Below, piece by piece: positions 26,953-34,498 of a stretch of 52,795 bases of DNA. The notes beneath the pieces were generated by a model, which ran no database searches, was not told where the DNA came from, and saw only the letters and a program-made list of their open reading frames with translations. The DNA is from Planctomycetota bacterium (lineage in GTDB: Bacteria; Planctomycetota; SZUA-567): the NCBI GenBank assembly GCA_031270685.1, contig JAISXA010000095.1, positions 1 through 52,795 on the forward strand, given 5' to 3'. Within the stretch, counting starts at the first letter, position 1, and every line of letters begins with the position of its first letter. The translations under genes were made by a program, and so were the position numbers.

Positions 26953-27930
26953 GTGAAAGCATCGATTTTTCTCCGGCACGACGCGGTCCCGCTCCCCGAG
27001 CCGGCGGCTGATTTTCTCCCGGGAGCGCGCTGCCTTATGCCCGGGTTCAAGTGGGTCGAATGCGTGAGCGAGGCCGAATTCCTCGAACAACTGCCGGACT
27101 CGGAGATCGTCCTGGCGTGGCGGTTCGAGGCGCACTGGCTGCGCCAAGCCCGGCGCCTCCGCTGGATAGCGACCCCGGCCGCGGGCGGGGAATTCATCCG
27201 AGTCGCGCCGGGGGACGGCTTGCTGGTCACCCATGGCGCGTTTCACGGCATAATCATGTCCGAAACGGTGCTTGCCCTGCTGCTCGCGTTCCTGCGCGGC
27301 GTCAAGGCGGGGCTCGACCTGATGCGGAACAATCCCTGGCCCCGTGGGCAATTGACCGGCATGCTGCGGCCCCTCTCCGGAAGCGCGGCGGGCATCCTCG
27401 GTTTCGGGAACGTCGGGAAGTGGATCGGCCGGCGGCTCAAGGCGTTCGACGTCCGCGTCGTCGGCGTTAATCGCCGCGATCTGGCCCGTCCCGACTATTT
27501 CGACGCCGGGGACGAGGTTGTCCCGTCCGGCGGCCTTGACGCGGTTCTTCCCGCCGTCGACCACCTGATTCTGGCGCTGCCCTCCGGGACCGCGACCGAC
27601 GGGATCATGGACGCCCGGCGCATCGCCCTGCTCAAGCCGGGGGCGCTGTTCATCAACGTCGGGCGCGGCAACGCGGTGGACGAGGTCGCGCTCGCCGGTG
27701 CGCTGCGATCGGGGAGACTGCGGGGCGCCGGCCTGGACGTGTTCGGCGAGGAACCGCTTCCGGCCGATTCCCCCTTGCGGACCTGCCCCAATGCCATATT
27801 GTTGCCGCATGTTTCCGCCATGGCCCCGAATTATCTCCGGCTTTTCCTCGAGGAATTCGCGGTCCTGGCGCGAAAGCATTTTCCGGGTGAATGCGGGCTG
27901 GACGAAAGCGGAGGGTTTGGGTCGAGTTGA
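26953..27930 (+). CDS. D-isomer-specific 2-hydroxyacid dehydrogenase family protein
   Basis: NAD motif GILGFGNVGKWIGRRL, then RGNAVDE...LDVF and PHVSA. GTG start at 26953. Confidence 0.85.
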   Translation: MKASIFLRHDAVPLPEPAADFLPGARCLMPGFKWVECVSEAEFLEQLPDSEIVLAWRFEAHWLRQARRLRWIATPAAGGEFIRVAPGDGLLVTHGAFHGIIMSETVLALLLAFLRGVKAGLDLMRNNPWPRGQLTGMLRPLSGSAAGILGFGNVGKWIGRRLKAFDVRVVGVNRRDLARPDYFDAGDEVVPSGGLDAVLPAVDHLILALPSGTATDGIMDARRIALLKPGALFINVGRGNAVDEVALAGALRSGRLRGAGLDVFGEEPLPADSPLRTCPNAILLPHVSAMAPNYLRLFLEEFAVLARKHFPGECGLDESGGFGSS

Positions 27931-27935
27931 TGAAA

Positions 27936-28133
27936 GTGGACTTTTGGAGAAAATCAAACAAACCGCCGTTTGATTCTCTTCAAAGTTTCTTGGGGTTCCA
28001 TTTTACGTCGGGAATTATTGCCTGGTCAGCGGTATCGCCCGACCTGGCGAAGAATCAACCCATTGGCCCGTAAGCAGTAACATCTTTAAAGGAAATCGGG
28101 CGGCGGTTGGCCCGATTTACTTTAAAAGTCGAC
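27936..28133 (+). mobile_element. hpMITE-B copy (full, reference copy)
   Basis: GTGGACTTTTGGAGAAAATCAAAC-AAACCGCC-GTTTGATTCTCTTCAAAG, then the central module, then CTTTAAAGGAAATCGGGC-GGCGGTTG-GCCCGATTTACTTTAAAAGTCGAC. Confidence 0.85.
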
Positions 28134-28150
28134 GGATGGGAACAACGCCT

Positions 28151-29521
28151 ATGCATCTTCACATCGACTGCACGCTCGGCATGTCCGGGGACATGTTCCT
28201 GGCCGCCCTGATCGATGCCGGCGCCGATCTCGACGCCGTGCTTCGCGGTTTGGAACGCCTGCCCCTCGAAGGATTCTCGATCACGGGCAAAAAGACGCCG
28301 CGGAACGGGATCGCCGCGCTTTCGATTAACGTCGAGGACTTGACGGAGGCCGAATCCGCCGACCGCGCCGGCCATGGGCGTGACGGCGACGATCCCGGGC
28401 AGGGCCGGGCCCGCGAACCCGAACCCGGAACCGGCGGCCCGCACCGGCATTTGAAGGATATGCTCGCGCTGCTCAATCCGGAAGTGTTGTCGCCGCGCGC
28501 GCGCGATCGCGCCGAGCGGGTGTTGAGCATACTTGCCGAGGCCGAGGCGGTCGTTCACGCGACGCCGGTGGAAAAGGTGCATTTCCACGAAATCAGCGGC
28601 ATCGACACCGCCGTCGACGTCATCGGTTCGTGCATCGCGCTCGACCTTCTCGATGCGGACAGCGTGTCCGCGTCGGCCCCGGGCACGGGTTCCGGAATGA
28701 TCATGTGCGCCCACGGCCTGTTGCCGGTTCCCGCTCCGGCGACGCTGGAAATACTGAAAAGCCGGAATATCCCCTGGCGCTCCGGCGGCGACGGCGAACG
28801 GCTTACCCCCACCGGCGCCGCATTGCTCGCCGGCGTCGCCGAGACCTTCGGGGGAGCGCCGGAATTGAACGTCATGCGGATAGGGTATGGCGGAGGAAAG
28901 AACGATTTCGCGGACGCGCCGAATCTGGTCAGGGTGATCGTCGGCAAGCCGACCGCCGGGGGCGGATCGCTGGATGCCGGGACCGAAGGCGGCGACGCCG
29001 GGACGGCGGGCATGCCGCTTGCGGTCAACGCGGCGTTGCCGCCCGCCGAGCGGAAACCGCCGCTTCCCGATCTCGCCGACGCGCATCGCGAACTGGTGGT
29101 CGAGTTCCGCGCGGTCATCGACGACATGACGCCCGAAGCGGTGGCGTTCCTGCAGGAGGCGTGCCTGGCCGCCGGGGCGGTGGAAGCCTACAGCCTGCCG
29201 GCCACTATGAAAAAGGGGCGTTTGGGGCATGAAATAACGGTCATCGCGCACGCCGGCCGGGCCGGAAAGGTGCTCGACGTCATGTGGCGGCAATCCTCGA
29301 CCTTCGGCATCCGCCTGCGCGAAATATCCCGGATCGTTCTCGCCCGCGAAATCCGCGCGGTGGAGGTTGACGGCCGCCGCATCCGCGTCAAGCTCGGGAT
29401 GCTGGGCGACGAAATCATACGCCGCCAGCCGGAATACGAGGACTGCCGCGCCGCCGCCCTCGCGACCGGCAAAAGCCTGCGCGAAATATTCGGATTGGCG
29501 GATGCGGCTGCGAGGCGCTGA
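28151..29521 (+). CDS. larC: nickel-pincer cofactor biosynthesis protein LarC (DUF111 family)
   Basis: MHLHIDCTLGMSGDMFLAALIDAGAD N-terminus, HFHEISGIDTAVDV, and the C-terminal LarC domain. Confidence 0.85.
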   Translation: MHLHIDCTLGMSGDMFLAALIDAGADLDAVLRGLERLPLEGFSITGKKTPRNGIAALSINVEDLTEAESADRAGHGRDGDDPGQGRAREPEPGTGGPHRHLKDMLALLNPEVLSPRARDRAERVLSILAEAEAVVHATPVEKVHFHEISGIDTAVDVIGSCIALDLLDADSVSASAPGTGSGMIMCAHGLLPVPAPATLEILKSRNIPWRSGGDGERLTPTGAALLAGVAETFGGAPELNVMRIGYGGGKNDFADAPNLVRVIVGKPTAGGGSLDAGTEGGDAGTAGMPLAVNAALPPAERKPPLPDLADAHRELVVEFRAVIDDMTPEAVAFLQEACLAAGAVEAYSLPATMKKGRLGHEITVIAHAGRAGKVLDVMWRQSSTFGIRLREISRIVLAREIRAVEVDGRRIRVKLGMLGDEIIRRQPEYEDCRAAALATGKSLREIFGLADAAARR

Positions 29522-29544
29522 CGCCGGCGGCGGGACCGGCGTCA
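29519..29544. terminator. shared hairpin between convergent larC and rsmA (no U-tract)
   Basis: TGACGCCGG-CGGCGGGA-CCGGCGTCA. The 9-bp stem arms contain both stop codons (TGA 29519-29521 and TCA 29542-29544). Confidence 0.4.
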
Positions 29545-30453
29545 GCCTTGCCGCCGCTCCGCCTCCCACATTTCGCCCAGTTTTCTGAATTCGCGCGGGG
29601 AGAGCGTTTCGCCCCGGCATTCGGGATCGAGATTCGCCTCCGCCAGCGCCTCCGCCGCTTCGCGATCGCGGTAAACGCCTTTGAGCGCGTTTTTCAGTAT
29701 CTTCCTCCGCGCGCCGAACACCGCCGAGGCGACGCGCCTGATGCCCCGCCAGGGAAGCGCGGCGCGGGCCGGCGCCGGGAGGAATTCAATCCTCGCCACC
29801 ACCGAGTCCACATTCGGACGCGGCCAGAACGCGGCCGGCGGTACGATCCGCTCCACGCTCGCCGTTCCCGCCAGCGCCGCCGCTATGGAAATCGTCCCGT
29901 ACGCCTTGCCGCCCGGCGCCGCGCACAACCGCTCGCCGACCTCCTTTTGCAGGAGGAATACGCCTGTCTTCCACGGCAGGGGGGAGGCGAGCAGGTTCAT
30001 GACGAAGGGAGTGCCGGCGGAGTAGGGGAGATTCGAAACGCTTTTCAGGGCCGGGGTCGCGGGAAATCCGGCGGAACCGGCTTGCCGGCGCTTGAGTTCC
30101 ATCAATTCGGCCAGCTTCCCCATCGCCTCGGGATTGAGTGCGTTTTTCCCGGCGAGAATGTCGCCGAAATGGTAAACGACGTTCGGCAGGCCCCTGGTCT
30201 CCTCCATGGCGAGGGGTAGCAAGCCCTTGTCGATTTCGACCGCGAAGACCAGCGCGCCGGTCTTCGCCAGCGCGCGGGTGAGGAAGCCACTCCCCGGCCC
30301 GACCTCGAGAACGATGTCGCCGGGATCCAGGCGGGCCGTATCCACGATGAATCCGAGCTGGTTCCGGTCCAACAGGAAGTTTTGCCCGCGCCGGACCGAT
30401 GGCTTGACGCCAAGCCGGTCCAGGCGGGTCCGCAGTATTCGCAGTGTGCTCAT
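29542..30453 (-). CDS. rsmA: 16S rRNA (adenine1518/1519-N6)-dimethyltransferase
   Basis: RRGQNFLLD, SAM motif VLEVGPGSGFLT, and NLPYS. Start taken at ATG 30453 (MSTLRIL). Confidence 0.9.
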   Translation of the reverse strand: MSTLRILRTRLDRLGVKPSVRRGQNFLLDRNQLGFIVDTARLDPGDIVLEVGPGSGFLTRALAKTGALVFAVEIDKGLLPLAMEETRGLPNVVYHFGDILAGKNALNPEAMGKLAELMELKRRQAGSAGFPATPALKSVSNLPYSAGTPFVMNLLASPLPWKTGVFLLQKEVGERLCAAPGGKAYGTISIAAALAGTASVERIVPPAAFWPRPNVDSVVARIEFLPAPARAALPWRGIRRVASAVFGARRKILKNALKGVYRDREAAEALAEANLDPECRGETLSPREFRKLGEMWEAERRQG

Positions 30454-30484
30454 TAACTTGTATCGGGGGAAGCAAAGCGGAACG

Positions 30485-30700
30485 TCAACGTTCATCCCTT
30501 TCTTGTCGGACGGCGTCAATGGAGGATGTGCCTTCCGGAAGTTTGCATGCCTTCCTGTGTTCGGACAATCTCTTCAGCCATGCCTTGCCCTCGCCGGAGG
30601 TGCGCAGTCGCCATTCCGGCCTTGGGCCTTCGGCGGGGATGATTCCATCCGGCCATGCTTTCCATGGGTCGACAAGAAACTCCAAATTCTTTGTCGTCAC
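30485..30700 (-). CDS. possible small hypothetical protein (71 aa, GTG start)
   Basis: ORF in a lower-GC spacer. Its ATG-extended version (to 30757) starts inside hpMITE-A. No homology recognised. Confidence 0.3.
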   Translation of the reverse strand: MTTKNLEFLVDPWKAWPDGIIPAEGPRPEWRLRTSGEGKAWLKRLSEHRKACKLPEGTSSIDAVRQERDER

Positions 30701-30708
30701 GATTATAC

Positions 30709-30842
30709 CTGAAAGTTTTGCAAAATGGCGATTAAACCGCCAATCGCCACTTTGCAAAAATCAAAAACGCCGGTGCCGCAAGGATCGTGATTTTTACAAA
30801 TTGGGCATTCGGCGTTTTGAATGTCCAATTTGCAAAACTTCG
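30709..30842 (+). mobile_element. hpMITE-A copy (full), abutting an hpMITE-B fragment
   Basis: Full three-hairpin element, immediately followed by an hpMITE-B end fragment at 30843-30873. Confidence 0.85.
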
Positions 30843-30873
30843 TTTGATTTCCTTATTTTCTTTAAAAGTCCAT
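30843..30873. repeat. hpMITE-B end fragment
   Basis: GTTTGATTTCCTTATTTTCTTTAAAAGTCCA directly abuts hpMITE-A. Confidence 0.55.
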
Positions 30874-30888
30874 TGCGCCTGAAGATGC

Positions 30889-31156
30889 TCATATCCCGCC
30901 TCCTTCTTCACCCTTCAATGCCTGGCGCATGGTCTCCGAGATGAATTTCGCCAGCGGCATCTTTCTCTTCACAGCCGCCGCCTCCCACACCGCATATTCC
31001 GCCTGCGTCAAGCGGTCGGTGAAGAGAACCGTCTTCCTGTCCCCGGGGAGCGAGGAATGGTCGGCCGCGCGGTCGCCTGGGCGATTCCATGTCTTCCGGC
31101 ACTGGTTTTCGAGGTCTGTCTCTCGGGCGTTTGGGGCGTTCGTTGTCGGTTGTCAT
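30889..31156 (-). pseudogene. frameshifted ribbon-helix-helix (MobC/CopG-like) gene with AT-hook-like N-terminus
   Basis: The N-terminal frame gives MTTDNERPKRPRDRPRK...RPRGRPFLAP. A convincing RHH (KTVLFTDRLTQAEYAVWEAAAVKRKMPLAKFISETMRQAL) continues in another frame with no start codon of its own. The switch lies at the CCCCGGGG run, 31041-31048. Confidence 0.55.
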
Positions 31157-31162
31157 ATCGCC

Positions 31163-31396
31163 TCATATCCTGCCATGTTTTCCGTCCGATTGCAATACAT
31201 CCCATTTTTGCCGTGCTGGGCAACCCGCGTCGATCCAGCTTTCCAGCTCCCGCCGCCGCCAACGCGAGAGGCGACCGATCTTGACCGGGCACGGGATTCT
31301 CCCGGATGCCAATTGCTTATGCCAGGCGGCCCGGCTCATGCCGCAAAGTGTCGCCGTTTCCCTGGCATCAATGAGGAGATTTCCGGTGGTCGTCAT
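31163..31396 (-). CDS. AlpA/excisionase-family HTH DNA-binding protein
   Basis: LLIDARETATLCGMSRAAWHKQLASGRIPCPVKIGRLSRWRRRELESWI matches the prophage AlpA / MerR-like excisionase pattern. Confidence 0.7.
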   Translation of the reverse strand: MTTTGNLLIDARETATLCGMSRAAWHKQLASGRIPCPVKIGRLSRWRRRELESWIDAGCPARQKWDVLQSDGKHGRI

Positions 31397-31472
31397 TTGG
31401 GTCCAGTCCCCGTCTTCAAAGAATTATTCGCGAATTTACCTTATTTCAAGTTTATCGCAGGTTTTCCTCAAT

Positions 31473-31630
31473 GTGGACTTTTGGAGAAAATCAAATAAAC
31501 CGCTGTTTGATTCTCTCCAAAGTTTCCCAGAGTTCCATTTTCCGTCGAGAATTATTACCTGGTCGGCGGTATCACGTGGACTTTAAAGGAAATCGGGCCA
31601 ACCGCCGCCCGATTTCCTTTAAAAGTCGAC
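31473..31630 (+). mobile_element. hpMITE-B composite (left part plus a complete solo hairpin-B unit at 31576-31630)
   Basis: Hairpin A with a mutated loop (AAACCGCT), a truncated central module, then GTGGACTTTAAAGGAAATCGGGC-CAACCGCC-GCCCGATTTCCTTTAAAAGTCGAC. Confidence 0.8.
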
Positions 31631-31892
31631 GCACATTCTTCTGAATAATAAGCGAAGGGGAGTCCCGTAGAAGGCCACAGATAAGGGTGAATCCGACATC
31701 CTTACCCTTCATGGCGGCTTCCCCCAATGCGTGAAGACAGGCTTTTCGACTTTTCGTTCAACCCTGCCGTGAAGCTTCGCGCCGAGACTCCGCGCGTTGG
31801 GTAGCGACGCAAAATAACATTGGCAATGACCACTGGTTGGGCGCTGGCAATACTTTGTCCCGACGCTCCCCGATATAAACGTTATTTCGTGT

Positions 31893-32493
31893 CTACTCCT
31901 TACCGCCGACGCCGGTGTCCTGCTCATCCGCGAGGCCGATCATCGCTTGGGTCTGACCGAGACGCTTGCCGACCGACTCCATGACCACCGTGATCAGCGC
32001 CTCGTCCGCTAACCCCTGGCCGAACTTCTTCGCGAAAGACTCTACGCCTTCGCCTTGGGGTTTTCCCGGCAGGACGGCGCCGACCGGCTCGCCCACGACC
32101 CCGCCTTCAGGACCGCCGTCTGGGACCGGCCAGGGTGTGAAGCGGCGGACGAGCGCCTCGCCTCGCAACCCACATCGTCGCGGCTCGTCTCCCTCCTGGC
32201 CGGCTGGCACAACGCGAGGAACTCCGCCAGTTCCTCCACCAACCCGTTCTCCGCCTGCGGGAGAGGAACAGCCGGGCGTCGCGCTCCTATTATGCCAAGG
32301 TGCATGATGACGGCGACCGAGCGCGTCTGGAGTGGAGCTTCGACGCGGATCGCGCCGGGTGCTTCGGGAGTTGTCCACGATCCAATTGGTAGACGTGATT
32401 TTCCCGACCAGCGCCGGGGTCGAACTCAAACGGAGTTGCGTCACCGTGCCCACTCCGCACCAACAGATACTGTTTCAGCGTCAGAAGTTGTAA
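31893..32493 (+). pseudogene. decayed IS1380-like (IS4 superfamily) transposase relic
   Basis: LLIREADHRLGLTETLADRL...R*PLAELLRERLYAFALGF..GADRLAHDPAFRTAV...LASQPTSSRL follows the conserved N-terminal pattern of IS1380-type transposases. It carries an in-frame TAA at 32010-32012. A transposase C-terminus-like piece (IQLVDVIFPTSAGVELKRSCVT) sits in another frame, and the DDE core is missing. Confidence 0.55.
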
Positions 32494-32783
32494 TTGCCCA
32501 CTCAGTGGGCAAGATGCAATGTGAAGCCAAGTTTGTAGTGAAGGCTTTCAAGGACCGATCCTTGTAAATCAACAACTTACAAAAAAACTGCGGAACTTGG
32601 GGTAGCGGCTGTTTGCGGCCTTCGCTTGCCTCCCAAATGACGATACCGTCCACCGGCCGTGGTTCCCTGATCTTTTGGATTCCCCGCATCGGGTTAAGGT
32701 GTTTCGGCATATGGCCGGAATTGCGCAGCCACTTGCCCCCGAAGGTGGAAACTGGATGAACCGGGGACGCAATTACGGCGGCG

Positions 32784-34271
32784 CTACTCGCTTTTCGCCG
32801 CGTAGATGGTCTCCGGCGCGATGCCCAGGCGCGTGAGGTGCAATTCGTACGCGCGGGTGCGGCGCGACAGCTCCTCCAGCGCGGTATGGTATTCGGTGAT
32901 CTTTTGGTCGCGATCGGTCAGCGAAGACTGGAGATTCCTGATCTCCGTCTCCAGCCTGGCGGCGTTTTGCGCCTGCGCCATCGCGTTTTCGTACATGTTC
33001 TTGACCGCCGCCTCGACTTCGCGCAGGCGTATGCCCTCCTCCTCGCCCAAGCGTATCCCCCCCCGCGAGATCGCCGCGATGTCGCGTTCCAGCGACGCCA
33101 AGCCGTCCCCGATCGCCAGAATCTCCCGCTCCAGGGCGGCGAAGCGCTCGTCGCCGTCGCCGGACCCGAGTTCGCCGGGCAGGAACAGATAGCCGAGAAT
33201 CAGCAGCAGCGGCAACAGCACCGAGGCGAACAGCCACGCCGGAACGCCGCCCCCGCCGTGCATGATTTCGCGGATGAGCGGACGCTGCGCCTCGCGCACC
33301 GAGCGGGAAACCACGTCCACCAGCTTCTGATCCTGGACGCTGGCGAGAATCTGCGGCGCCTGCCTGGCGATGGCGTCCGAAACCGGCAGCACTAGGCGCT
33401 CCTCGAGCGTCCTGCCGATCGCGTCGATGAGGCTGTCGGGGAGGATTTCCTCCACCCGCGGAACCGGGGCGTTTTCCAGCCGGGTCGTCAGCGAGCCGAA
33501 ACGCCCGGCCAATTCCTCGATGGCGGATTTCATGCCGCCGGCGCCGCGCTCCGCGGCGGCCGACCAGCCGGCGTACAAGCCGCGCAGCTCTTCCCGCTGC
33601 TCGCGGAGTCTGGCGTCCATGGCCGCGAGCAGGCGCTCCGCCGCCTGGCCGCCGCTCTTCGCCTCCTCCCCTTCGGCGCCGCGCATCGCCTCGATGACGG
33701 CGCTCCTGATTTCCGATTCGTGGCGGGAGCGGGCGGTTTCGAATCCAGTCATCGCGTCGCGGATCTGGTCGCTCAGCGTCCGCACCGCGGCGAGGTCGAG
33801 CGGATCGGAAAGCTTGTCGCCGAGCATTTCCGTCTGGCGCGCCATCAGTTCGCCGTGCTCGGAAAGGCTTTCGCCCAGATCCCTGGACAAATCCGTCATT
33901 TTGTCGGCGGCTTCGGCGAGCTCGGAAACGAGCGATCCGATTTCCGCCTGGTGCAGCCGCTCCAGACGCTCGGCGAGGGCCTCGGAGAGGGATTCCAGAC
34001 GGCGCAGGTACAGATCGGCCTCGGGTTCGGTCCGGCCGCGCGGCTGTCCGGCCGCCTGTTCCGGCGCGGCGCGGCGCGGGTTGAGCGACGCCGCGGCGAG
34101 AAGGTTCGAGGAAGCGATGTCGGACGAAAGCTCACCGGGATATTCGATCCCTTCCGACCGGCGCAACTCCGATCCGCAACGCTTGCAACGATACGTTTTG
34201 CCCGGAATCAGGCGCTTGACGCGGTGCGCCGCCCGGCAGTCCGGGCAAACCAGTTTCGCCTGCTCTTCCAC
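32784..34271 (-). CDS. zinc-ribbon (MJ0042-type) / long coiled-coil / single-TM hypothetical protein
   Basis: N-terminal CPDCRAAHRV...YRCKRCGSEL, long alpha-helical repeats, TM WLFASVLLPLLLILGYLFL, and a second coiled coil. Confidence 0.65.
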   Translation of the reverse strand: MEEQAKLVCPDCRAAHRVKRLIPGKTYRCKRCGSELRRSEGIEYPGELSSDIASSNLLAAASLNPRRAAPEQAAGQPRGRTEPEADLYLRRLESLSEALAERLERLHQAEIGSLVSELAEAADKMTDLSRDLGESLSEHGELMARQTEMLGDKLSDPLDLAAVRTLSDQIRDAMTGFETARSRHESEIRSAVIEAMRGAEGEEAKSGGQAAERLLAAMDARLREQREELRGLYAGWSAAAERGAGGMKSAIEELAGRFGSLTTRLENAPVPRVEEILPDSLIDAIGRTLEERLVLPVSDAIARQAPQILASVQDQKLVDVVSRSVREAQRPLIREIMHGGGGVPAWLFASVLLPLLLILGYLFLPGELGSGDGDERFAALEREILAIGDGLASLERDIAAISRGGIRLGEEEGIRLREVEAAVKNMYENAMAQAQNAARLETEIRNLQSSLTDRDQKITEYHTALEELSRRTRAYELHLTRLGIAPETIYAAKSE

Positions 34272-34386
34272 GAAGGCTCTCTCCCCCGGCGATTGTTCGG
34301 TCCGCCGGTTGTCGAATGCCGAATGATATCGCCGCCCCTACGATTGTTTGAAAACGCGGCGAAAAGAAAAGGGTTTTTTGTTCCGT

Positions 34387-34493
34387 CTGAACTATTGCCA
34401 ATTGGTAAAAATCACAACCCTCGCGGCACAGTCGTTTTCGTTTTTTTGCAAAGTGGCGATTGGCGGTTTAATCGCCATTTCGCAAAACTTCAG
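34387..34493 (-). mobile_element. hpMITE-A copy with collapsed hairpin 3
   Basis: The hairpin-3 tip is deleted, leaving CCAATTGG. Perfect TTCCGT duplication at 34381-34386 and 34494-34499. Confidence 0.85.
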
Positions 34494-34498
34494 TTCCG

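Noticed and set aside
30929-31498. A plus-strand 189-aa ORF and other overlapping ORFs across the AlpA/RHH region.
   Set aside because: They are antisense to the recognisable AlpA-like and RHH reading frames and run into the repeat. No motif was recognised.
31400-31900. A tRNA gene or tRNA-3'-end att site next to the AlpA-like gene.
   Set aside because: I found no cloverleaf-compatible sequence and no GGTTCGAATCC-type T-arm on either strand. The region is occupied by an hpMITE-B composite and AT-richer spacer.
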